Assembly (NCBI GenBank): GCA_965223545.1
Contig: OZ245006.1
Coordinates: forward strand, 6,432,001 to 6,496,000
From: Planctomycetota bacterium
Lineage (GTDB): Bacteria > Planctomycetota > UBA1135 > UBA2386
Direction of reading: 5' to 3'
DNA: 64,000 bases
Shown: piece after piece, positions 30,778 through 40,602 of the stretch
Numbering within the stretch: the stretch's first letter is position 1
How the letters are laid out: each line of letters begins with the position of its first letter
Notes under the pieces: model-generated
The model's input: only the letters and a program-made list of their open reading frames with translations
Database searches by the model: none
Told to the model about the DNA's origin: nothing
Program-made: the position numbers and the translations under genes

Positions 30778-33597
30778 ATGGGCAATCCCGTGCCGCGTCC
30801 GTCTCGGCGCACCCCCACAGTCGGTCTCACGCGCCTGCTGCCGAGCGGTGCAGCGCTGGCCCTCGCCGCTGGGCTCGCCGCGCAGACGACGGTCCCCGCC
30901 GGCTTCGTCGATGAGCACGTGCTCAACGCCGGGGAGTCGCCGGCGGCCCTGAAGTTCTCGCCCGCGGGCGATCTGTACTTCGCCCGCCGGATCCAAGGCG
31001 AGCTGTGGCGCGTGCCCTTCGGCCAGTGGAGCAGCCCCCGACTGCTCTACACATTCGACGTACCGAAAGACGGCAGCGGAAAGCCGGCGGCCCATCGCTC
31101 GTCGGGCCTGCGTGACTTCACGTTCAGTGCCGATGGTCGCTCGCTCTTCGTGTTCTACATGAAGAACAATCCGCGGCAGAATCGGCTGGTGCGGCTGGCG
31201 ATCGATCCAGGCAACCCCGATCGCGTGATCCCCGGCAGCGAGACCCTGCTGCTCGATCTGCCCTTCAACGGCGGCTCCGCCTCGGGCAGCCACAACGGCG
31301 GCGCCGTGGAGATCGGCAGCGACGGCATGGTCTACGTCACCACCGGTGACGGCTGGAGCGGCGGCGACAACGTCCAATCGCTGAGCACACACACCGGCAA
31401 GGTGTTTCGCGTCGCGCAGGATGGCTCGATCCCGACCGACAACCCGTTCTACGGCCAGACCTGGGGCCCGTACCGCGCGGTCTACGCGCTCGGCTGCCGC
31501 AACCCGTTCTCGATGAGCTGGAATGCGGGTGACGGTCGGCTCTACGTCAACGAGACCACGGGCACCAACAAGGGCGAGGTCTTCCGCGTCGACCGCGGCG
31601 CCAACTTCGGCCACCAGGGCTTCGGCGGGATCGGCACGTACGCGGCCGCGTGGACCAATGCATCGGCGGTGGCGCCGTTGAACACCGGCGGCGCGTGGTA
31701 CGACGGCTGGCGGTTTCAATCCGCGCAGCGGTCGTGGCCGTCGACGTACCACGGCGGCTACTTCGTCTGTCAGTGGGGAGACAACAACCAGACGCCCGGC
31801 AGCATCGTGTTCGTTCCCCCGGGCAACCGCTGGCCGCAGCCGTTCGCCGGTTCGATGAAAGCGCTCGACCCGAACGGCGCGCTGCTCAAACCGACCTGCG
31901 TGCGCGTCGGTCCCGACGGACACCTCTACTACCTGATGACGACGTACGACACCAGCCAAGGTGAAGTGCGGCGCATTCGCTACGGCGGCGGGGCCGCCGC
32001 CCAGCCGCCGGGGATGGCGCCCAACGGCGGCACCTTCACCGGCGCGACCAACGTGAGCCTGTGGTCGTCGACTCCGGGAGCCGCGATCCATTACACGATG
32101 GATGGCAGCACTCCCACGCAGAGCTCGACGCGCTACTGGGGCACCCCGTTCGTCGTCGCGAGCAGCGCGGTGGTCAAGGCGCGCGCGTTCGCCAGTGGCA
32201 TGCAGCCCAGCGCGGTCGTGCAGGCGGCGTTCACCATCAACTCGGTCACCAACGTCGCGCCGGTGGCAATCGCCGGTCCCCGGCAGACCGTCTGGCCCGT
32301 CGATCGGCTGTTTACTCTCAACGGCTCGGCCTCGTACGACCCCGACGGCTCGGCCTCGCTGTTGTCCGAGATGTGGGTGCAGGTCGCTGGGCCGCCGGTG
32401 CCCGGGTTCGACGGCGGCGACTTCGTCAGCTTCTTCACGCCGCGCCAGGTCGGGCTCTATCGCTTTCGGCTCGATGTGTGCGATCCCAGCGGCGCATGCG
32501 CCAGCGACACGGTCGACGTGGTCGTCGTGCCGTGTCTGGACGACGTTCTCGATGGACTCTCGCACCGATGGCTCTTGGATGAAGGCGGCGGGCTCCAGCG
32601 CGCGTACGACAGCTCGCCCGGCGCGATCCATGGCGCGCTGCGCGGCGGGGTCGGCAAATCGTCCTCCGGTGCATACCCGGCGAGCGCGGCGGCAATGGTG
32701 TTCGACGGTGTCGACGACCGCATCGAGCTCGGTAGCGAGTTCGACCCGAGCGGGTCGGCGCTGACGGTTGCCGCTTGGTTGAAGGCAGACGACTTCGGGG
32801 TTCCCGACGCCAGGATCCTGTCGAAGACGCGCGGTGCCAACGAGGGTGACCACCACGTCATGCTGTCGACCGTCGCCAACGGCGCGTCGACGCGCCTGCG
32901 GTTCCGCCTGAAGACGAGTGGCTGGACGGCGACGCTGGTGGCGTCGGGCGGCGGCCTGACCGCCGGCCGTTGGGTGCACGCCGCCGCCGTCTACGACGGC
33001 GCCGAGATGCGGTTGTTCCAGGACGGCGTGCTGGTCGGTCGCATGGCGAAGCAGGGCAGCATCGACTCGGACCCGAGTGTTCCCGCCGCGATCGGCAACC
33101 AACCGCTCTCGGCAGCGGGCGGCGGCCGGGCCTTCGACGGCGTGATCGACGATGTCCGCATCTACGACCGCGCGCTTTCGGTTGCCGACCTCGGCCGGCT
33201 GGCGCGGCGGTCGACGATCCTCTCGATGCCGGCGTGGTGCGGCTGTCATCGCGACCTCGGCTTTGCCAGCCCCGGCGGTGCCCAGTTGACCCTCTGTGGT
33301 GCGCAACGGCGAGGCACGCCGTGGGATCTGCGCCTGACGCAGGCGGCTCCGAACGCACCGGTGGCGCTCCTCGTCGGCCTGTTGCCGGGGGCGACGCCGG
33401 CGTTGGGCGGCACGCTGGTACCGCAGCCGCTGCTGTCGCTGATCGTCGCCCCGGCCAACGCGCGCGGCGAGCTGCTGGCCCGGCGCCTGTCGGGCTTCAT
33501 CGCGCCGACCACGTTCGTCGTGCAAGCGCTGTCGCCGGACCCCAGCGCTGCCAAGGGGTTGGCGTTCTCCAATGCGGTGCAGCTGGTGACGCGCTGA
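30778..33597 (+). CDS. Secreted PQQ-dependent sugar dehydrogenase (GSDH) + chitobiase/FN3-associated domain + PKD-like + LamG domain + C-terminal shared module
   Basis: HNGGAVEIGSDGMVYVTTGD, GSIPTDNPF, GCRNPF; PNGGTF...IHYTMDGSTPT; APVAIAG...LNGSASYDPDG; WVHAAAVYDG...FDGVIDDVRIYDRALS. Confidence 0.85.
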   Translation: MGNPVPRPSRRTPTVGLTRLLPSGAALALAAGLAAQTTVPAGFVDEHVLNAGESPAALKFSPAGDLYFARRIQGELWRVPFGQWSSPRLLYTFDVPKDGSGKPAAHRSSGLRDFTFSADGRSLFVFYMKNNPRQNRLVRLAIDPGNPDRVIPGSETLLLDLPFNGGSASGSHNGGAVEIGSDGMVYVTTGDGWSGGDNVQSLSTHTGKVFRVAQDGSIPTDNPFYGQTWGPYRAVYALGCRNPFSMSWNAGDGRLYVNETTGTNKGEVFRVDRGANFGHQGFGGIGTYAAAWTNASAVAPLNTGGAWYDGWRFQSAQRSWPSTYHGGYFVCQWGDNNQTPGSIVFVPPGNRWPQPFAGSMKALDPNGALLKPTCVRVGPDGHLYYLMTTYDTSQGEVRRIRYGGGAAAQPPGMAPNGGTFTGATNVSLWSSTPGAAIHYTMDGSTPTQSSTRYWGTPFVVASSAVVKARAFASGMQPSAVVQAAFTINSVTNVAPVAIAGPRQTVWPVDRLFTLNGSASYDPDGSASLLSEMWVQVAGPPVPGFDGGDFVSFFTPRQVGLYRFRLDVCDPSGACASDTVDVVVVPCLDDVLDGLSHRWLLDEGGGLQRAYDSSPGAIHGALRGGVGKSSSGAYPASAAAMVFDGVDDRIELGSEFDPSGSALTVAAWLKADDFGVPDARILSKTRGANEGDHHVMLSTVANGASTRLRFRLKTSGWTATLVASGGGLTAGRWVHAAAVYDGAEMRLFQDGVLVGRMAKQGSIDSDPSVPAAIGNQPLSAAGGGRAFDGVIDDVRIYDRALSVADLGRLARRSTILSMPAWCGCHRDLGFASPGGAQLTLCGAQRRGTPWDLRLTQAAPNAPVALLVGLLPGATPALGGTLVPQPLLSLIVAPANARGELLARRLSGFIAPTTFVVQALSPDPSAAKGLAFSNAVQLVTR

Positions 33598-33645
33598 CGC
33601 GACAGGGTCGCGCCGCGACGACCGCCGCCGACTACATTGGCGCGC

Positions 33646-35634
33646 ATGGCGTGCACCGGCGGCCAGGACAACGGCGACCCGGCGTCGCTCTCGACGTGCG
33701 TCGTCATCGTCAACTACAACGGTTGGCAGGCCGGCGTCGCGTGCCTCGAAAGTGTGTCGTGCTCCACGCACGCGCCGAGTGAGGTCGTCGTCGTCGACAA
33801 CGCGTCGACCGATGGTTCGCTCGATCAGTTGCGCCGGTGGGCGGCGGGGCGTGCGCCTGGTGGCGTCCCGGTGCACTTCTTGGCCAACGACGTCAACCTC
33901 GGCTACGCCGGCGGCGCCAACGCCGGCCTGCGCCATGCCCGAGCGCACGGGTGTGACTTTGCGTGGCTGCTCAACAACGATGTCGTCGTCGCGCCCGATG
34001 CCCTCGGTCACTTGGTTGCTTACGTCGCCGGGCAGGCGTCGCCGCCCGCGATCACCGGCACGATGGTGCGGCTCTTGGCCGAACCCGAGCGAATCCAGTA
34101 CGCGGGCGGTGCGCAGTATCGGCATTGGTGGCCGTACCCGCGCGGCATCGGCGGGGGGGAGCTGGACCGCGGCCAGTACGACGATCTCGACCCTGCGGGC
34201 ATGGCGTACGTGTACGGGGCCTCGATGTTCGTCGACCTCGATTTCGTGACGGCGATCGGCGCGTTGGACGAGCGCTACTTCCTCTACTACGAGGAGCTCG
34301 ACTGGATGGAGCGCATGCGTGACGCCGGTGGGTGGTGTGTGGGCTATTGCCCGCGCGCCGTCGTCTACCACCGTGGCGCCGGATCGATCAATCCCTCCGG
34401 TGAGATCGAGTCCGCGTTGTCCGAGTACTACATCTTTCGCGGCAAGCTGCTGTACACGCGTCGCTACCACGCGCATTGGTTGCCGGTGGCGTGGCTGTTC
34501 GTGGTCAAGCGCATTGTCGGCAACACGGCGCGCGGTCGGTTTCGTCGTGCGCGTGGGCTGATCCCCCTGCTGGTGCGGCCCAGCCGGCGCTGGCGTGGTG
34601 AACGAGATCCGGTGGGATCGCGCGACGTGCAGCCGCGCGTCCTCCTCAGTGGCTTTCACTACCCGCACCACGCCCAGACCTCGGGCTACGATCGGCTGCG
34701 GTTCCACGTGTCCGCGGACTACGTCGACGCCGGCGCTTTGCCGGGTGGCCGCCGGCGGTTCGGCGGCACCGCGCGCCGCGCCAATCTTCTGCTGTCGGAG
34801 GTGGTGGCGAGTCTGCGCGGCCGGCGCTACGACCTCCTCCACACGCTCTACCCCGAGGATCACCCCGGCCTCGGCCAGCTGGTGCGCTCGCCGGCGAAGC
34901 GCGTGGCGACCTTCCATCTGCCGCTCGAGTGGTTTGCCGAGCTCGACCGCTCGCGGGTTCCCACCCACCGACTGCGGGCGCGCGCGTTTCGCCGGTTGGA
35001 CGGCATCATCGTGCTCCGCTCCGCGGACGAAGAACCGGCGAGCGCCGCGTTTCCGCGCGCGCTCGTCCGCTTCATCCCTCACGGTGTCGAGTGGTCGCCA
35101 CGCCTGCCGCCGCGCGCGGGCCGCGAGTTTGCAGTTCTGACCGCCGGCTGCCACGAGCGCGATCTACAGTCCTACCTGGAGATCGTCGATCGCGCCGCCG
35201 CCGCCCACGCCGGCTGGCGCTTCCACCTGGTCGGGGCACCGCCCGAGTGGCGCGACGCCGTGCGCACGCGCGCCAACGTCGTTGGGCACGCCCGCCTCGA
35301 CGACCACGAGTACCGCCGTCTGCTCGCCAGCTGCCGGGCGGCACTGCTGCCTCTGCGCCGCGCGACCGCGAACAACGCGCTGCTCGAAGCCCACGCCGCC
35401 GGCCTGCCAACGGTGGTCCACGATCTGGAGGGCGTGCGCGACTACGCCGTCGAGACCACGGCCCTCTTCGGCGACGCGGCGCAAGCCGTGGCGCAGCTGG
35501 CGCGCCTCGCCGCTCTGTCTCCGACCGCAGCGGCCGAGCAGGCGGCGGCCACGCACCGCGCCGCCGCGCGATTCCGCTGGGAGTCGATCGCCGCGCAAAC
35601 GCGAGCCTTCTACCGCGACATCTGTCGCCACTGA
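33646..35634 (+). CDS. Bifunctional glycosyltransferase GT2 + GT4 fusion
   Basis: VVIVNYNG, VVDNASTDGS, NLGYAGGANAG, WLLNND, LDERYFLYYEELDW (GT2), then FIPHGVE and ATANNALLEAHAAGLPTV (GT4). Confidence 0.87.
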   Translation: MACTGGQDNGDPASLSTCVVIVNYNGWQAGVACLESVSCSTHAPSEVVVVDNASTDGSLDQLRRWAAGRAPGGVPVHFLANDVNLGYAGGANAGLRHARAHGCDFAWLLNNDVVVAPDALGHLVAYVAGQASPPAITGTMVRLLAEPERIQYAGGAQYRHWWPYPRGIGGGELDRGQYDDLDPAGMAYVYGASMFVDLDFVTAIGALDERYFLYYEELDWMERMRDAGGWCVGYCPRAVVYHRGAGSINPSGEIESALSEYYIFRGKLLYTRRYHAHWLPVAWLFVVKRIVGNTARGRFRRARGLIPLLVRPSRRWRGERDPVGSRDVQPRVLLSGFHYPHHAQTSGYDRLRFHVSADYVDAGALPGGRRRFGGTARRANLLLSEVVASLRGRRYDLLHTLYPEDHPGLGQLVRSPAKRVATFHLPLEWFAELDRSRVPTHRLRARAFRRLDGIIVLRSADEEPASAAFPRALVRFIPHGVEWSPRLPPRAGREFAVLTAGCHERDLQSYLEIVDRAAAAHAGWRFHLVGAPPEWRDAVRTRANVVGHARLDDHEYRRLLASCRAALLPLRRATANNALLEAHAAGLPTVVHDLEGVRDYAVETTALFGDAAQAVAQLARLAALSPTAAAEQAAATHRAAARFRWESIAAQTRAFYRDICRH

Positions 35635-35666
35635 ACGTACGGAGTCCGGCTCGATTTTCTCGCTTC
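35633..35666 (+). repeat. Dispersed 34-bp intergenic element, copy 2
   Basis: GAACGTACGGAGTCCGGCTCGATTTTCTCGCTTC, overlapping the TGA stop of the GT2-GT4 gene. Confidence 0.8.
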
Positions 35667-35761
35667 GCCCGGTCGGCACGTCCCGATCGCCGCGCATTCT
35701 CGCGTGCGTCGGGGGGGTGAACGGCAGTTGTGCAGGTGACCTACCCGCAAAGGAGATTGCC

Positions 35762-37819
35762 ATGCGTCCGTTGATCGGCCTTGTTCTGTTCGCCCAAGCC
35801 ATTGGTGGTCCTTGTGTTGCACAAGATCCTCCGGCTCCCCCGGGCGGTTTCGCCGTGCAGGCGCTGCTGGACCAGGACTGGACTTGGTCGGATGGCTATC
35901 GCACGCGCTTCGATCTGCACGTGCCGGCCGTCGCGCCTCCGCCAGGCGGTTGGCCGGCTGTGACCGTACACCACGGTGCCGGCGGCGACCGCAAGCTACC
36001 GGACGTCGTGCGCGCTGCGCGTTACCTCGCCGCGGCGGGATACGTCTGCTACGCCTACGATGGGCGGGACAACGGCCAGACGCCGGCGTTGAACCCGACC
36101 TGGAGCGCGCCCCGAACGCCGGAGCGGATCTTGCTCGACCAGGCGGAGTCGCTGGGCGCGGCGCAGACGTTGATGCCGGGCGCGATCGACGGAGCGCGGT
36201 GGGCGCTGACCGGTTTCTCCGGGGGCGGGCGTCGTTCGCTTTGGGGTGCGGGGTGGTCCGGTCGGTTGCTGCCGTTGGCCGGATCGGTGGCGCACCATCC
36301 GGTGGTGTCCGCGATCGCGCCCGAGATCGCGGTGATCGACATGCCCAACACCGCCGCGCCGGGCTTGGTGCTCGCCGGCGACTTCAAGGTGAAGGGCCTG
36401 CCGCCGACCGACCCGATGATGGTGGCGCTGCAAGCCGGCGACTACCCGTCGTTCGCGGCGGCAGCGGTGACGACGTTCGACCTGCAGGCGGCTGCGCTGC
36501 TGCGGACATCGCTCGTGCCAATGCTCGGCATGTGGGCGCAGCAGGACGTCAAGATCGTCAGTGGGCCGTCGATTCGGGCGTTCATGGCGTTGCCGACGCC
36601 GGCGCCACGGCGCCTGCATCTCTCGACTGGCGGCCACGACACGGTCAAGAACGCGCACGAGCGCGACCTGCAGCAAGATCTGCGCCGACGTTGGTTCGAT
36701 CGCTTCCTCAAGGGGATCCGCAACGGCGTCGAACGCGAACCCGTCGCCGAGCTCGCCGTGCAGCCGACGACCGATGCACGCCACGCGAACTTGGCGACCA
36801 TCTGGGAGCACCGCAATGCCGGCCAGTGGCCGCCGGCGACGCAGACGATCACGGTCCGCAGCTACCTGCGCAGTGGCGGCGTCTTGCACGCCAACGCCCC
36901 GAGCACCGTGGAAGCCGGTCCCCTGCTCCAGCATCGCGTGGCACCGGGCTACGACGCGCTGAGCTACGTCGCGCAGGGCGCCGGCCTGGCGCATGCCTCC
37001 GTGCTGGCGCAGATCCCCATGGTGGCCGCGCGTTTCGATGGAGCACCGTTGCCGGCCGACACCGAGCTTCTCGGCGTTCCGCGGCTGACCCTGCACGTGT
37101 CCGACACAACCGGCCAGGCGCAGCTCACCGCGCGGCTCGGCCACGTCGACCCCGCCGGTCGCGAGACGTGGATCTGCATGGGAACGCACGGCGTGCGTTC
37201 CGCACCGGGCCAGCACACGATCGTCATCGAGCTCGACGATGTGGCGCACGTGATCCCCGCCGGCCACCGCGTTCGGGTCACCGTGCAGAACCTGGCGCTG
37301 CACCAGCCGCCGGCCGCGAGCGGACGCATCCGCTGGGTGCCGTACTTCACCGACACCGACACCACCGTGTTGATGCAGCCGGGGCAAGCAAGCCAACTGG
37401 AGCTGCCGGTGCGCGCCTACCGCGCCAACCTGCTGCCGCGACTGGCGGTGGCCTCGGCCACTGCCGGTGTGGCGCACCGCATGCAACTGCGCGGTGGTGC
37501 AGCGCGCGCCGGTGAGATCTACGCGGCCTTCTTCGGCGCCAGCGGCGAGGCCCCCGGCGTCGCGCTCCCTGGCCTGCCGCCCGCGCCACTGAACCCGGAC
37601 CCGTGGACCAGCGCGGCGATCGCCCTGCAGAACTCCGCCGCGTTCCCCAACACCCTCGGTGTGCTGGACGCGAGCGGCACCGCGACGCCCGGGGTCTACT
37701 TCACGCCGCCCGTGGCCGCGGCCTTGGTCGGGATCCGATTCACCTGCTCCGCCGCCGTCCTCTCCGGCGCGAACATCGAAGCGTTCACCGACGCCACCTC
37801 GCTGGTCATCGACCCATAA
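35762..37819 (+). CDS. Secreted CocE/NonD-like (S15-type) alpha/beta hydrolase with C-terminal shared module
   Basis: AAGGAG RBS, signal peptide, HHGAGG, YDGRDNG, TGFSGGG nucleophile elbow, TGGHD, RWFDRFLKG, PepX_C-like region (HVIPAGHRVRV). Confidence 0.8.
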   Translation: MRPLIGLVLFAQAIGGPCVAQDPPAPPGGFAVQALLDQDWTWSDGYRTRFDLHVPAVAPPPGGWPAVTVHHGAGGDRKLPDVVRAARYLAAAGYVCYAYDGRDNGQTPALNPTWSAPRTPERILLDQAESLGAAQTLMPGAIDGARWALTGFSGGGRRSLWGAGWSGRLLPLAGSVAHHPVVSAIAPEIAVIDMPNTAAPGLVLAGDFKVKGLPPTDPMMVALQAGDYPSFAAAAVTTFDLQAAALLRTSLVPMLGMWAQQDVKIVSGPSIRAFMALPTPAPRRLHLSTGGHDTVKNAHERDLQQDLRRRWFDRFLKGIRNGVEREPVAELAVQPTTDARHANLATIWEHRNAGQWPPATQTITVRSYLRSGGVLHANAPSTVEAGPLLQHRVAPGYDALSYVAQGAGLAHASVLAQIPMVAARFDGAPLPADTELLGVPRLTLHVSDTTGQAQLTARLGHVDPAGRETWICMGTHGVRSAPGQHTIVIELDDVAHVIPAGHRVRVTVQNLALHQPPAASGRIRWVPYFTDTDTTVLMQPGQASQLELPVRAYRANLLPRLAVASATAGVAHRMQLRGGAARAGEIYAAFFGASGEAPGVALPGLPPAPLNPDPWTSAAIALQNSAAFPNTLGVLDASGTATPGVYFTPPVAAALVGIRFTCSAAVLSGANIEAFTDATSLVIDP

Positions 37820-37820
37820 C

Positions 37821-37860
37821 GAAAGTACGGAGCCAGGTCAGGCTCCGATTCATCACTTCG
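37821..37860 (+). repeat. Degenerate third copy of the dispersed element, with hairpin, between convergent genes
   Basis: GAAAGTACGGAGCCAGGTCAGGCTCCGATTCATCACTTCG, with stem CGGAGCC/GGCTCCG. Confidence 0.5.
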
Positions 37861-37887
37861 CGCACCACGATGTCGCCGACACGCCCC

Positions 37888-40542
37888 TCACGGCAGTCGC
37901 GTGCCCGTGACGACCGTGGTCCCGCCGACCGCGATGCTCGCGGTCGACCACCAGAGGTCGCCCTCCAACCAGTCGATGGTGGTCACCGATGGCTGCAGGG
38001 TCACGGCGTGTGAGCGGCTGAGGCGTGCGGTCAGCTGGCGCCGCTGGCCACCTGCATGCGCGATCTGTCGCTGAAACGGCTGCGTCCCGGAGAGTCGAGG
38101 CGACACGGTCGCGCTTCCGGGTGTGGCGGACAGGCGGGGGAAGTCCAGAATCGCGCCGCGGAACGCCGGATCGCCGGAGAGCATCCACGACTGCGTCCCA
38201 AAGGGGTTGTCGTGTACCGATACCGGCGCGCCCATGGCGTCGAGCTCGACTGCCCGCAGCAGCACCAGCTCGTCCGTGTCGAACGTCAGCAGCCAGTTCC
38301 CGAAGCCCTCCCGCGAGGTCATCCGAACATCGGCGGTCGGTGGAGTGCCTGGATCGTCGTCGATGCCCATCGAGACGACTCGGTAATCGTAGACCGTGCT
38401 CGCCGTCGTGGGGCTGGGCGTCGCGCTGGACTTGATCGGAACCAGATGCTGAGAGGTGTAGCGGACACTCCATCGATCACCGATGCGCCAAGTCACCCAT
38501 CGAGTCGGCGGCCGCGCGCCCTGCGGGCCGATCGCGCGCGGTTGACTCGGAGCGCTCGGGGGCGGCTGAAACTCTGGCCGAAGCGAGAGTCCGAGCCACT
38601 TCAGGCGGTCGGCGGTGACCATGGGGTTCGAGATGGGGCCCGGTGCCTGCGAGCGTGCGAAGGCGGTCGCTGCGGGCCTCACGTCGGCGATCAACCACGG
38701 CACGTAGCGATCCGGTGGCTCGGGCGAGGCCATGGGTGGGTCCACCTGGAACGAACGCCAGTTCTGACGGACTTGGGCTCCGCCCAGGGTTGTCGCGACG
38801 CCGTCTTCCAAGACCCGCCCACTCGTGCCGTACAGCAAGAGATACTCGGTCACGAAACGGAGCGGTCCGAGCGATCCATCGCTGGGCGGGGCGTAGTCGT
38901 TGTTGGTGGTGAACCGATTGACGACCTGAATCTGGCGGATCGTCTCGGTCTCCGGGTCCCCGACGGCCGCCGGGTCTTCACGCAGCTCGGCCGTGTACGC
39001 GTAGCAGGCCTGGTTCCACACCTGTGGCGGCTTGGCTTGGAACGTCCCGCGCACCTTCGTCCACATCTGCTTGGCGTCGTGCTGCCGCAATGACAAGGCG
39101 AACGGCGTCGACTGGTCCTTCAGCAGCGAACGAAAGGCCTGGTGAAACCGATGCACCGCGGGGTCGATGGCATCGGTATCGGCAGCCGTCGCCAGCTCTC
39201 CCTGCCGCGGGTCGGCCAGCCGAATCCCCTTTGTGGTGAGGCTTCCGAAGTACTCGGCAGCAAGGCCTTCCAGTTGATCCTCTTGGAAGCCGAACGCAGC
39301 CCGTGGCTGGTCGAGAAGGATCGACGCGATGACCGCCCCGTGGCAGTGTCCGGCCCAGCCGGGTTCCGTCGTCGAGAGGTGGCCAGCGACCCCGGGTCTC
39401 ATGCAGTTGCTACCGCAGCTCGTCGTCTCCCAAGCCTGGGTGGCTCCGTAGAGGCCGAAGTGGCTGTCGAACCATGCCAACGTACCATCGTAGAGATTGG
39501 GGTCGGCGGCATCGACGAGGGGGTAGTACCAGAAGTCCCACGGAGTCGACGTCGCCGTTCCGCTCTGCACGAACTTGGTCGCGACGACGTGCGCCGCTCC
39601 TCCGGTGCCGGTGACGTCGAACGTGTACCACCCGTGCTCTCCCTGTTGCACTTCGTGGATGAGCGGGGACGACAGCGGGACCGCGACTTCGACTCCGTTC
39701 GGCGTCGTCAGCTTGGAGATCGCGCCGCGGTCAGTGCTGAGAGTGAGCTCGCCTCCCCAGTACGTGGGGACGTAGACGCGGTAGCTCCCGGGATCCAACG
39801 TCGACACCACCGAGCCGCCTAGCGGCACCTTCACGATGGCGGGGCTGGGGATGAGACAGACGATGGTGCCGGCGTACGCGGCCGTCGGTGTGCCGGCGTT
39901 GACGTGAGCCGAGTCGCTCCGCGTCACGATGTCGATCGTGTCTCCGACACTCGCGTCGACGAGGATGCGCGTCGATCGAGCCAGCCGCTCTCCCGGATTC
40001 GCGCGCAGTGCCTGTGAAAGGACCGCTCCGTTCGGTGGAGTGAGCTCGAAGTAGGTCTTGGCGTGACCGGATGGAGCCGTGAGATTCGCGCCCTGGTCGA
40101 CCTGCAGCTCGACGACGAATCCCCTGATGGCGGGGCCAAGCTGCTCCGGCACGACCAGCGACGTGGTTCGCAGACCCGTGCTCTGCGCATACGAGCCAGC
40201 ACTTTGCCCGCCGCCCTGGACGATCGAACGATGTAGGACGCGCGGAGTGGGGGCCGTGAAGCAACCGAAGAGGAAGTCCGACGAGGCGAGGCCGGGAGAG
40301 CCGCCGTAGTAGACGAGAGACGTGCCACTGTGGCTGGTGACGCATCCGGTCGGTGGTGCGAAGCACTCGAAGAACGCGTTCTGGACCGTGAGGTTGGAGA
40401 TGCAGCTGGTCGTGCCGGGGTACGTCACACAGGTTGGTCCGAGCAGCTCGAAATCGACGAAGCGCAGTGGAACGGGGCTTTGGGCTCCGGCAAGCTGAGC
40501 CATCAACACGCACGGAACGAGCCACCGGACCGAGGGGGACAT
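37888..40542 (-). CDS. Secreted protein with transglutaminase-elicitor (GP42-like) catalytic domain
   Basis: Signal peptide ending AGAQ; motifs PWDFWYYP, WAGHCHGAVIASILLDQP and QVWNQ, matching the PW-x-G-x-WP, W-x-G-x-CH and VWNQP hallmarks of Phytophthora GP42-type transglutaminases. Confidence 0.7.
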   Translation of the reverse strand: MSPSVRWLVPCVLMAQLAGAQSPVPLRFVDFELLGPTCVTYPGTTSCISNLTVQNAFFECFAPPTGCVTSHSGTSLVYYGGSPGLASSDFLFGCFTAPTPRVLHRSIVQGGGQSAGSYAQSTGLRTTSLVVPEQLGPAIRGFVVELQVDQGANLTAPSGHAKTYFELTPPNGAVLSQALRANPGERLARSTRILVDASVGDTIDIVTRSDSAHVNAGTPTAAYAGTIVCLIPSPAIVKVPLGGSVVSTLDPGSYRVYVPTYWGGELTLSTDRGAISKLTTPNGVEVAVPLSSPLIHEVQQGEHGWYTFDVTGTGGAAHVVATKFVQSGTATSTPWDFWYYPLVDAADPNLYDGTLAWFDSHFGLYGATQAWETTSCGSNCMRPGVAGHLSTTEPGWAGHCHGAVIASILLDQPRAAFGFQEDQLEGLAAEYFGSLTTKGIRLADPRQGELATAADTDAIDPAVHRFHQAFRSLLKDQSTPFALSLRQHDAKQMWTKVRGTFQAKPPQVWNQACYAYTAELREDPAAVGDPETETIRQIQVVNRFTTNNDYAPPSDGSLGPLRFVTEYLLLYGTSGRVLEDGVATTLGGAQVRQNWRSFQVDPPMASPEPPDRYVPWLIADVRPAATAFARSQAPGPISNPMVTADRLKWLGLSLRPEFQPPPSAPSQPRAIGPQGARPPTRWVTWRIGDRWSVRYTSQHLVPIKSSATPSPTTASTVYDYRVVSMGIDDDPGTPPTADVRMTSREGFGNWLLTFDTDELVLLRAVELDAMGAPVSVHDNPFGTQSWMLSGDPAFRGAILDFPRLSATPGSATVSPRLSGTQPFQRQIAHAGGQRRQLTARLSRSHAVTLQPSVTTIDWLEGDLWWSTASIAVGGTTVVTGTRLP

Positions 40543-40602
40543 GGAGGCCAGGATAGGCGAATCCAACGTCTTCGGCCGCGCGGCGTCGCGCGATCCCGGC
40601 GC

